Positions 26,261 through 38,895 of a stretch of 64,000 nucleotides of DNA are shown in pieces. This stretch comes from Callorhinchus milii (lineage: Eukaryota): NCBI RefSeq assembly GCF_018977255.1, contig NW_024704743.1, forward strand, positions 44,580,001 to 44,644,000, in the 5' to 3' direction. The position numbers and the translations under genes are program-made. Each line of letters begins with the position of its first letter. Position 1 is the first letter of the stretch. The notes below the pieces were generated by a model. That model worked only from the letters and a program-made list of their open reading frames with translations. It searched no databases and was not told where the DNA came from.

Positions 26261-28427
26261 TATGGATCTGTGAGCATTCTGCAGCTTGTATTGACCACAC
26301 CACCTGTAAGGAAAAATTAGCCCATTATTATTGAGTTCATTATTTTGTGTTCTGCTTTACTTATATACGGCTTAAGGAAAATTACTGTATACACTGAGTG
26401 TAAAAACCATGCCTGAGTGTGCAGTGCAGAATCAACTTGTGGGCAGTCTGTACTTCTCAAGGATACAAATTTAGTTCAAGTTCTTATGCAAATTGTTGTT
26501 GTTCTAGTGTCACAACCAGAGAACGATATAATACTGTACTGAAGAATCAATGGCTCTTTGACAATAGCAGTCTGAGGTAATTACAATGTAAGGGACAATC
26601 TAACAGCTTTACCTTGCAAGCTGGTGTTTGTGGAGTTAAACGAATATGATGGATTGCATAAAATTCAGTGTGACCCTGGTATGGCACACTTAAGTATACA
26701 GTAGAGAGACAATTAAAACTGACAGTGCAGTTAATTGGACATCAAACAAATCACAAATTTTGTTATATCAAGAGTTATATCAGTAATTCTCTCTTTCGAC
26801 ACCATATAAAAGTATTATGAATATTACAAAAATGTACTTTGCTGCAGCAGAACAATGCAATCCTTGAGCATGTATGAAGTTGCAAACATCTGAACAAGGT
26901 TACTAAAAGAAGTGATTTGCATTCTTAATAACTTTAAGTTGCACGTAACTTTGTAAAATTACATAACCAGTCACAGCTTAGCGAACAATTTATGCATTGG
27001 CGTTCAATGTAGATAAACAGACATGCGGATAACCAGTGTTTGACCCTGATGACCCCAGAAAAATTGGTCAGTGGTCACACTACTATGATCTCTGTTAATA
27101 TGCAGAGTCTCACAAACCCCCAAATGCAGGGTTGGATTGTTGGATTGCTCTAGTACCCCGTGTGAAGGGCGCTATATAAATGCAAGTTGTTGTTGTTGTG
27201 TTGTGCCAGATTTGATGAAAGAAAATCATACGTTCTGATCACTTCATGCCGAAGGGACATCAAGAAGATTCAGCATCAGTAGGCCAGTCATTTATTGCAG
27301 GACTTTATTGATAAACATAACTGGTTAAAATAAATTATCTAAAAATAAATAAATCCTGTCTTGTGATACAGTATATCTTTAAGTAGCATGTCACTGAAGC
27401 ATATTATCTTTTGTCTTACATAGTATTGATTTAATCTTCAACGAGCACCACAAAGAAAACCTCCACAAGAAATAGATTGTAACAGAATGTTGAAAAAAGC
27501 AACCACGTATCACATTTAACAGACCCTGAAATGAGTATAAAATACTAATTCAAGATTTTTTCATGGTTTACTTGATTCCTCAGATTGGATTGCTGCCTGA
27601 TATTCACCTTGCAAAACCCATTTTCCAGTAATGTGTGTGTGATAAATTTCCTGCAATTTGTACATGGTAAAAGTACTATGTATTAAGACGGATTTATTGA
27701 GATTTATAGATGGAACAAGGCTCCAAATATTCAGAGTTGACTTTGGCCAACAATTTTGTATGGTTCTGTGCAGTGTCCATATTTTCTGCCTTGATTCCCC
27801 TGTACTGTCATAAATCAATAAATCCTTAAAAACACATGATACATGTGGCACAGCTGCATATGTTAGTTTGCCAACAATCCCCCAGTTAAAATTGGTCAAT
27901 CACTTTGTAGCTGTTTGAGGGACATTGCTGTGTACAAATTGCCTGCTGCGTTCACCTACAAAATACTACATTTTACAGTAACTCCTGGAAAGCACTTTTA
28001 GACGTCCTCCTGATATCAAAGGTGTTACATCAAAACAAGAATTTTTATTATTAACTAAGGAACAGCAGGATATTAAATTTACTAAATGTAATTAAGCCTT
28101 TCATACATTCACTTGTGGGCTAAATTAAGCATCTCAACAGTTCGCCTATTGGATATTTTCTTAAATGATAAAGTTAGGAATTCTACAATTAATAGGGTAG
28201 AAGCCTGGCTCAATTGGTAGTACTCATTGGGACTTTGACCTCACACATAGGCTGACACTGGAATGCAGTGCTGAATCACTACCTCTAAGGGTGGTTATTA
28301 ACAATAATAATTCTTGCATTTGATACATTACACTTCGGGAAAATGTCTCAAACAGGATATACTGTAAAGTATAGTCAAGAATATTTTATAGATGAACAAA
28401 AACCATACCAATTCATTGTTCAACAGT

Positions 28428-28765
28428 AACAGTAATCCTTGCACTTGATAAAGCACCTCATCACATCTTTGAGACATCCCAAAGCGCATCACAGAATGTA
28501 AAGTGAATGGACTATATTTTGTGGGCAAAACATCACAGGGGTGTCCCACAAACATTGAGTGACCAAATTATAATAATTTTGTTTGAAGGGATTATTACCC
28601 CAGGAAAAGCAATCCAACAATTGAGTAACAACCTATTTACTGCTAAGTAAACAGAGGCATGAGGAGTAAGGAAACTTGCTCAACTTTTCACCCCGCCCGG
28701 GAATCGAACCCAGGTCCTCTCACTTGGCGAGGAGAGAGCTCGAACCACTGAGCTACAGGACTCCA
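28428..28765 (-). mobile_element. Intermediate-age SINE with extra internal segment
   Basis: Head ccactgagctacaggactcca, plus an internal segment absent from young copies. Confidence 0.8.
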
Positions 28766-31700
28766 GTGTGGGGCTTGAACCCACGACTTTCTGAAAGCAG
28801 TGAGAGTGCTACCAACTGAACTAGGCCTGGCACTTGGGAAAAGTTTGAAAAAAGAACAAAAGGGCAGGAAATTAAAAAACAAAGAAATCAATAAATTTAA
28901 TATGCAAATATTACCCACATGAATGGCGCTCTATAAATGAAAGTTATTGCTGTTGTATTAATCTCATTTTAAAAGCAGCAATACTGTATATCAGTAATAC
29001 GGCTCTCAGTGGCAGCTATTTTCTCCTTTGAAAACATCCCTCACTGCTGATTAGTTAGGTACATGGAAGCAGGTTATGCAATTCTTATTTCAAGCTGATA
29101 ATATGTGTACATTCACTCATTAAAATTCTTGAGGACTTACTAAACATCCTGTGCAGCTCTCAAACCCCACAACAGTTTTCCACAAAATAACTGCATATGT
29201 GGTATATACAGTTTGGAATCTGATTTTAAAATATAATTACCGAAAGCTATGTGGAACTCCTAAAATTCTGTTATTTATTACTTCTATTCCAGTCTTCAAT
29301 GAATAACAATTTATGTTCTAATAATGCACGGTAGTCTCACTAAACATAAAATGTGTGTAATTTTGGTAATGATCTACTTAGTAACATGATTTCCTACATT
29401 GTCAGACGGCTTCATATTTGCTCTGGATTTTATTACTCTTTGTGAGCACTGTTAGATCTTTCCCCTCCTTTCAAAAGCACTATTTAAAGGAACTACTCAC
29501 ATCAAATAAATAACTGAAGGCCCCATATCTCTACTAACATTTAAAAAAAATTCAGTTACACTTGCAAAAACTAACTTTTTAAAAAACAAAATGTTTACAG
29601 TTGCCAATATTAATCAATGACAGCTACATAGTGACCCCTTGTGGTAATATTAACCACAGACCAGCGCAGCATACAGTGGAATGGAACACCGTAAAACTCA
29701 CATTAAGTCATATCAATTGAGACCATAACATTTAATATGACTTATGAGAAGTCTGACTAGCAGGCAAACCTGTATAAATCGTATAAAATTGAACTTACTC
29801 ATTAATTAATCATTAATAATCCCTCAAGAAAAAAACAATAATAAATTGGTCACTCAAATCCACGACTGTTTGTGGGACACTACTGTGCGCAATTGGCTGC
29901 TGCATTTCGCCCACAAATATACAGTCAATTCACTTTACAGTATATTATGCGAAGCTCTTTGAGACGTCTGGAAGACGTGAAAAGCGTTGTATCAAATGCC
30001 AAATTATTATTATTCATTTTTATAATTTACTCTGTGCATGTGTAATTCAATGCAACCAGTAAGTGTGTGTGCATGCAGTAGTTTGTTACTGCAGCCTGTA
30101 AATCTGGATGAGGTGACTCGAGACTACGTTTCCCGCGATTCCATGCGTCTTGACCTGTTGCCGCATGCGCACTTACCAGCAAGCTTGTGGAAAATGAAGT
30201 TCTGCGCATGTTGTGACAGATCAAGACTACTTTTCCCGTGATTCAATGCAGCCGGCTGGTAAGTGCACATGAGTCAATGGTCAGGATGTCATTTCCCTTG
30301 AGTCAATGCAGCCGATAAGTGCGGGGGTAATGGAGGGTAGGGGAGGGTTGTTACAAGTTAGGAGATGATTAATGCAAAGAAATCTAAGTGGTTTTGATAG
30401 GAAACTGAATGTGATTAGGGTGAATGTATAACTTAGGTGATTATACCATTTATAAAGATAAGACGTATATAAGTTTTACTGTAGCAGGAATTTAGGAACA
30501 CATTTGGATATGAATCGAATGGCTGTTAAATAAATGGGCCGAAATAGTTCAATCGGAATCCTTGCATTGGGGGTAGAATTTTTTAACTTGATAAGTTTTA
30601 TCAATAGAAATAATAATGCTGTTAAATAGAAACAAAAGTAACCAAACCCATAAAATAAACAACAGTATCAAGATGTGAACAAAACTAAACCTAAGGACAG
30701 TAGTTTATGTTGGATATACTTTCAGCGACAGTCCAGTGATAACAATAATAAATATAATAATCTTTACATTTTTCACATTAAGAAACACTTCACAGAATTT
30801 TCTGTAAAGTCCAGTGACTATCCTTGGTGGATTGGTGGGAGTTGGGGAGGCAAGATAAATCATAATAGCTCCAAGGTGACATGTTGGGCAACAGACTGTC
30901 AGAATCAAGCCCACCTGTTAGTTGATTTGGCTCCAGCAGTACCCCAGTGCAAACTCTGGGGTCCCCAAGCCTTGGCTCTTGCCAACCTGGGCCTAATACT
31001 CTTCGAAATTAGGTAAACAGGACGTGTTTCCCCAGGGAGAGAGTGCGCATTTCATTCCAGACATGGAAGTTTGTAGGTGACATGCATGATGCTCTTAGTG
31101 AAGTGACTGTATGTTTTGTTGGTGAAATACATCAGGCAATTTGTACACAATAATTTGATAAATCAAACATAAGCGCCTGGTTCAATCCACTCCCTTTCAT
31201 TGTTCTGCAAATTCATCTTACAAAGATCTATCAACATAGTCCAACACTGTTTGCAAATAGAAACTTAAACCAACCTGAATCCTCCCTCTGTAAACCACCC
31301 AATTGTAGTAAAATCAGATTGTGGGATGACTCCTTCATTAAAGTAGTTGCCGACCCTTGGAATATACATAATATATTCCTTTGTTCTCCCAAGTCACATT
31401 AGTAACAAAGGCCTTGACCCTTGGAATATACGATTAACAGAGGATAAGGATCAGCGCTGAGTACAAGTTAGTAAGTTATAAAATAGAAACTATTTTAACT
31501 GAAAAATATTACCCTAAGTTATTAATATGCTCAAATAATTAGCAACCTGTGGAGAGGGGGGAGAAAATGGTTGAAATAGGGAGGGAAAATGTCTGTACAG
31601 AGTAAAGGAACTTCAAAAACCTCTGAGAGAGCAGGTTTAAGGCAGCATGTGCACTTTCCCTTAACACTATTTGCTGACAGCTCCCTTCAACTTTATTTTT

Positions 31701-33717
31701 TTAGTATATATATATATATATACACACAGTGATTGCATTTAGTATAGAGTAAGTGCATTTTGTGTATAATAACTGCATTGACAGCACTCCTGTACATTTA
31801 CTTATTCTCATGAAACATACACCCCAGGGGGATGGACGCAAGGGTACTGCCTCACACAATGCCTGCTCCATAGTAAAATATTTTATCTTGTGCAAACAAT
31901 TGTTTTCTCTCCCTTTCAATTACCTGCTATTCTATGACAAACACTCAGCAGGTGGTGGAGGAGGAGGGGATGGGGCAGGGGTGTTTGAGAAAGGCACAAA
32001 AACAAACTGTAATGTTCTCGATGCTGTACGGCAGACATCCAACAGGAATCCTCCTGCCAAAGTCATTAAATTTACTAGAAACTTTATACCAGGGAACATT
32101 GGAAACACACGGTATATTCGAATTACAGGGAGGATGCCTTTCAATTGGTGGAGTACAAAGAAAGTGATAATTAAAATGAAATGAATCGCAAAAAGGCCTT
32201 TTCTTCTCTCATTTGACTGCTAATATGGGCACCTAAGTCCTCGAGACACCTTTACCAGCAATTGCACAACTCGGCGACCTGCCTAGAAAATAAAAACAGA
32301 TGGAAATTAAATTTGAGTCTATGTTCATAAAATGGAATTGGAAACTTCAAAATCAAGAGCTGTACCTATGAACTGGTCAGATTGCTTAGGGTGATGTTTT
32401 ACATTGTAGATCAAGGCATTTAAGGTTGAGCATTGATTAATCTACAGGTGCTGGAAAATAAGATGGCACAGGTTCAGGATAGCAAAAGGCAATTTCAGGT
32501 TACATACAAGAAGTACTTATTTACCCAGAGAGTAATTAATGACTGCAACAGGTCATCGGGAAGGTTAGTTGAGGCCAGGAGCCTGGAATAATTTAAGAAA
32601 CAGCTTGACATTCTGATGGGAGGACAGTAGGGTGGGTGTTCTGGAGAGATGAGATCAAATTGGCCAAAGGGCCCTCTTCATTCAAACAATCTTATACAAT
32701 TTGTAGAAGTCTGTGAGCAGGTCTCATCCTTTTAGAAAATAATTTTGCTAATGAAATAAACTATATAAAAAAAATTCAGAGTTATAAGTTTTGATGATCA
32801 GAGTCCACCTTTTTAGTTACATAAGCAACAGCAACAACAATAAATTGCATTTACGTAGCACCTTTCATGCCAGGAAGGTGTCCTAAAGCACTTTGGGACA
32901 TTGTTCCAACATGAAAGATGCTGTATGAATGTAAATTGTATAAATTGTACTCTAACATCAACAACAACAAAATTACATTTTATAGCGCCTTTCACGTTGG
33001 GAGGACATAAGAACCTCATTAAGAGAAATATTGAATGTAATCTAGAGATAAGAAGTTGTGGAACATAGATACCATCGCATCGATCATTTGCAGCTCACAA
33101 GGCTGGATAATATGAGAGCAAAATAAACCTGAAATCTGCTCCAATACCACGGAGCAGAGAGATATAGGAACCAGCTCACAATACACAACATGTTAAATTC
33201 CCAGTTTAGTGATGCTGAGGGGAGGATAAGGGGGAGAAAATGCACTTCTCCACAGAGAGGATGGGTCCCATTGTGCAGCACTCTCCTCTTGAGGTACCAA
33301 ACATTTGCCTCTCGAAGCAGACCATCTGCTTTCTCCTTACTCCACTCTTCTCTAATGAGCTTTGATCAATGTCAGATTACTATGAAGCTTCACATGATAC
33401 ATCAGCAGTTGTAATATTCTACTGTGAATAGCTGGTTATGTGAGATTGTAGAAAAAATCTTTCATACCTAGGAATAATTTTATACCTTTTAACCAACTAT
33501 TAGATGAACAAATCAAGTCCTGCGAAACGCAGACTCGGCAATGCCAGCTGCATCCTTATCTGGGCATTTCACAGAAGCAGGGAAGCAGTAACTTCTGCAA
33601 ACCTTGAAATGAATAAGACATTGTCTGACACAAACACCATCTGGAGATAAGCTTATGCCTCAAACGTCCCTGAATCATCCCCTAACCTGGGCCCCCTTCC
33701 TTAATTATTACTTACTC

Positions 33718-34189
33718 TGTGTTATAAATTTAAAGGTTGCATTCTTGTTAGATAGCTTTAGAATATAGCTTGTGTACTTTAGACAACGGTATTAATCAGG
33801 TACATACTCTATGACAATTGTATTTTCTTGACTCTTAAAAGAATAATAATCAGCATGAATAGAGACTAATTAGTAGACGACATTTAACCTTGTTAAGAGA
33901 TATGGATTGATTGACGTCACCATTCAAATAGTTGTTGGAGCCACATGATTGATAATACCAATTTAATTGCCTTTATTATGTATTACAACCTTCAGCACTT
34001 TTTGGGGATAAAAAGGCTGCTTTAACTGACCAACGGCAGCTCATTCCTTTGACTGTCCGGTGCTCTTCTTGGAGACTGTTGACTGCTCTTGAATCAGCTC
34101 TTGCAATTGCAATTAAATCTTACTTTGGATATATCCACGGTGTATGGTCTGTTTGTAAGACGACGGTTGGGACGAACGAAAAAGTTACA
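33718..34189 (+). mobile_element. Probable solo LTR (472 bp)
   Basis: TG...CA termini flanked by an ACTC 4-bp duplication (33714-33717, 34190-34193). CRE TGACGTCA 33912, CCAAT 33958, GATAAAAA 34007, TCATTCC 34041 and ATTAAA 34112 fall in U3-R-U5 order. Confidence 0.6.
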
Positions 34190-34717
34190 ACTCTACAGTT
34201 ACAGTATTCAATTTCAAGCTGTGACAAGATCTGATGTGCTGGACAATAATAATGAGTAATCCACGTTGTTCTGATGGATGAACATTCTTCTGAATGCGAC
34301 AAATGAAGGTGCAGACCTTGGGATGTGATCTGTAGACAGCTCATAGATCAAGAACTGAAGGTGAAAACACTGAAGGTAAGTGCTGTGATTAAAGTTAATG
34401 AAGGAATTCATGTGGCAGATGTGAAGAGGTACTGCAGATGTTTGACAAAGTGTTAGATGCTGAAACTGTGGGAGACTCTATATGAGTCAGCAGTCAATGA
34501 TGTTACATTTTGCAGCAAACATCTGTGCCTCAAATGGGACACTCAGCAAAATGCCGAGTGCGTGCTATGACTCTGCGTTTTGTACCTGTTTTTGATCAGC
34601 TGGGTGACTATCTGGTTACTTCAACCTGACACATGTAGAAACACATCGATACGCATAACAGTATCCAAATCAGACAAAGTTCCGTTTATGAATGCCACCT
34701 ATACATGGAAATTTCTG

Positions 34718-34753
<36 letters not shown>

Positions 34754-35591
34754 GTTTTTAAAGGCATTATTACTCCCAGAAAAACGATCTGCCAATCGAC
34801 TTACAACCGGATTTACTGCTTGGTAAACAGAGGTATGTGGAGTATGGAAATTTGCCCAATGTTTCGCCTTGCCTGAGAATCGAACCCAAGTCCTCTCTCT
34901 TGCGAGACGAGTGTTCTTACCACTAAGCTACAAGAGTGCCCTGGAATGTCAGTCTAGACTATGAGCTCAAAATTCAGGTGTGGGCTCAAACCCACAACCT
35001 TCTGTTGAGTGCTACCAACATCCCAGCGCCTTGGGACATCTTGGGACATGAAAGGCTCTATATAAACGTAAATCTGTTTTGTAATTTGTATTGTAACTGA
35101 GCTGGGCTGATACCTCGGAGTAACCCAACCAAATCGCCGAACTACTGTAAACCTCCACAAAGTTATTCAATGTTATGTCGACTTTCAGTTTCTTCGTTGA
35201 AACCAATGTTTAATTTCTCATTGAATAAATAAAACACCCCTTCAGTCTTGGTGTGATGCCAAATTTACACAAGGTGCTGATTTGTTCAGATATGTGTATT
35301 TGTTTGCCTGTGCTGCAACTCCACTGCGATGCCTTCAGTTTCCCTGCAGCCAACATTTAAGACAGAATAACAATTTACCAGCTGATTTCAAATTAGGTTA
35401 CGGCATTTCTGCTGGCACTGTAAATATATTTTGCCAAGAACATAAAAATACTTTAAGACAACACGTTAAGATAAAATTACATTACAGAAAGTAAGAGCTA
35501 ATCTATTACTACAAGGCTACATTTCACCAACATTGTAAATCAAAGAGCTGCACATTAGAAAACTAATGTAGACATTGGACTGGTAGATATA

Positions 35592-35935
35592 TTACAACAA
35601 CAATTTGCACTTATATAGCGCCCTCCACGCAGGGAAGAGTTTCAGAGTGCTTAACAGTGGAGGAGCCTGATCCCAAGCTGGGGGGGTGAGGGGTAATGGC
35701 CGTAAGCACGAGCAAAGAGGTAGGCTTTCAGGTGGGACTTGAAAAAGGAGAGGGGGCAAGGCGAAAGGATTGAGGGAAAGTGTTCCAGAGCTTCGGGCTA
35801 TAATGGCTGAAAGCACAACCTGTTAGTGAGGCGGGGACTGCAAGGGACGAGCAGGAGGCCGATGCCAGTTGAGTGGAGGCGCCAGGTGGTGGATTGGGGA
35901 GTGAGGAGGTCGGAGATATAGGGAGTTGCCAGAGA
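35592..35935 (-). mobile_element. L2 LINE 3' fragment
   Basis: acaacaacaatttgcacttatatagcgccc tail and L2 body on the minus strand. Confidence 0.75.
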
Positions 35936-38475
35936 GTGTCTATTAAGGTCTATTGTTCAAGTTGTGAACATTTGTAATTGTGCTAGCTGTGTAAAATCAT
36001 GTGTTGCTGCAAATGCACAAGAATTACTGGTGTCTTCATGAATGATGAAAGTAGAAAATTGCACTCAGGGAATGAACTGGCTGGTTTCCGCACGCACAAA
36101 TAAACCATTCTTCACAGCACACTATAGGTTGGATTTTATGGATGAAACACAGGGTTGACCTGATGGTCTTCAGCTTAGCTAGATGTACAAATGTTTTTTT
36201 TGGTCCAAACCTATGCATAACTTAATGACTTCTATGCATTTAAGAGAAAGTTAAGATATATACAAGAAGAAGGGAATAAGAGGGAGTAAGCAGTGGGTGG
36301 AGGTTCACGTGGAGAAAAAAACGGTCAGACTAATTGAGTCAAATGGCCTGTTTCCATGCTGTAAATTCTATGTAAATATACGGTGGAATCTTGTTAACTG
36401 AGTAAGGGGTCAATATGCACATGTGTTAAACATATTTGAAGGTGCAACCACCCTAATATTCACTGACTGACTCACTCAAAATATCTGACATTCCTTTTCT
36501 GATTCTCCCTCTCGTCTCCCCAAGTAAACAGGGTATAGGCCATTTGTCTTGGGAGATTTTTTGGTTTACAGTTCCCTGAGTCAACTTGAATCTCTGTATC
36601 ACTGATCTCTATATTAACATTTTGAAGCTCACACAAGTGTGTTGAATAATAATAATAACCCTTGCATATGGTAAAGCGTGTTTCACCTCTGGAGGACGTC
36701 CCAAAGTGGTTCATAGGATTTACTGTGAAGTGGAATGACTGTGTATTTGTGGGCGAACGGATGTCTGAACCCCTCATTGTTAAACATTCTCACTGGTAAA
36801 AGCCTCCAGGAAGACCTCATTTAACATGTTTACCCATCTCCTGTTTGCCTTTTGCAACACCATTTGGGTTTCTAGGGGGTTTTATCTTCTTCCCCAACTA
36901 CTCTCTCGTTGTTATATTTGACAAATTCTAACTTATGCATCCGCTTCTGTGTTTCCTTTCAGTGTTCTCTTGCTCCCCTAATCTCTCTCTTTAACCTGCT
37001 CCTGTAGCCTTGTACTCAGCCCAATGATTGTCCTCTCTCTTAATGGACCTGCTGCACCAAGGCTTGGTGTTGCTGGTAGCTCGCATATTTCATACCACAA
37101 TTTAGCATCTGTCAAGGCAGAGAGACAAATATGAAAAACAGAGATGGAGCTAATTATCTTTATTACTGGGTGAGTTTTACCTCCAGCTGTGGGTTTCACC
37201 TTTGATATCCAATGTACCAGTCCAATCTCAAGCAGTAAGTGATAAAAGCGTACATTTAATATCCAGTATTGAGGGAGCCAGCTGTGAAAGAAAAGCACCA
37301 CTTGGTTGTTTCTTATGCACAGTTGATGCACATTTCTGTTATCTATTTTCCTAAATCTCTGTACTCTGATGTGATTTTCTATTTTTGTCATTCATGATCA
37401 CATCTTTCTCTGTCAAATATCATTTGAAGCTGAGATTGATATTCTGCCTCAGATATCCTCAAAAGAATATGTTTTAATTTGCCCTTGCCTTATTTGCCAA
37501 ATTGCACATCACGGTTTCCAGACATTTATTTACCCAGCCTTAATCGTCTTTAAAAAGCAGTCATGTTCTTTAAATAAAAACTTCTCTCAAAATATGACTA
37601 AAACTACAAAAAACACATTTGTATAACGCCTTTCACGTTGGGAGGACGTTCCAAGGCACAAAGGTGAAAGACCCATGAAGCACATCTAGCTAATCTTTTT
37701 AAATCAGATAATTTGCTCCAGTTAGCTTTAGGCTGCTTTTGTGTTCTTCTGAAAGAAGATTGTCAAAATAGATTCAGGCACAGGACAAATCATTAACAAC
37801 AACAATCTATGACTATCAGTAAAATAAGACTCACTGGAGCAGTTTGCAGACTATTTATCAATCTTTAATTCTGCTAGATGCACACCTAGATCAGAGTCAT
37901 TGATTTAATCTATTAAAGTAACTCATAAATTTACATCAACAACAATGAATTGCATTTATATAAACCTCTCATATCCGCATAATGTCCCATGGTGCTGGTC
38001 TGTGAAGGTTTGCACCTGAGCTGATGTTTGGAAATTAAGCCTAGAGTTAAGAATTTTTCACAATTCTGTGTGACTTTAAATTTTAAAACAAAATAGTCAG
38101 TTATAGGCTAGGGCTAAGGTTGAATTTCAGGCCTAAATTCCTGGTCGATGCTTGGAATAAGATACAGCAAGACTTTTTGAAGCTTCCCTAGATTTTTTAT
38201 GTTCACATTCAATTTGTCAGCCACAGAGAATGACTGAAAAGGAATAACGCATGAGGTGATGTAGGACTTTACTCCAGTACAAAGCGTTTTATTTTTTTCA
38301 TAAGCTTTAGTATGTCCAATTATTTTTCTTCCCCGTTGGCAAACACATCTTGGTAAGCCCTCCGGGATGCTACCCAGTGTGAAGGGCAAGTTGTTGTTGT
38401 TTCTTTTTATAATATTTTATAAACATAATTTTTATAAAAAAGATAATTTTTTATTATATTTTTATAATGATAAAA

Positions 38476-38895
38476 CTCCACTGGCTTCCCATCACATAGA
38501 GGATGCAGTTCAAGATCCTGGTCCTCACCTTCAAAGCCCTTCTTGCTCCCCACTACATCTCTGACCTCCTAACCCCCTACCATCCTGTTCATTCCCTCCA
38601 CTCAGCGGGCTCCAGCCTGCTTCACGTCCCCCTGCCTCGCTCGCCTCACTATTGGCGGGCGGGCTTTCCGCTACTCTGCCCCCACCCTCTGGAACTCCAT
38701 CCCGCAGTCTCTCCACCTCACCGCTTCCCTCGCCACCTTCAAGACCCTCCTCTTCGACCGTGCTTTCGATCTCCCTGCTCCCCGTCCTGCCTTCCACCGA
38801 CCCCCAGCTCGAGTTTGAAACTGTCTGTCCTGCGCCTTGGGACGTCTTCCAACGTGAAAGGCGCTATACAAATGTAATTTTGTTGTTGTTGTTGT
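38476..38895 (+). mobile_element. L2 LINE 3' fragment
   Basis: QFKILVLTFKAL.AP.YISDLL remnant; tail ggcgctatacaaatgtaattttgttgttgttg. Confidence 0.88.
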
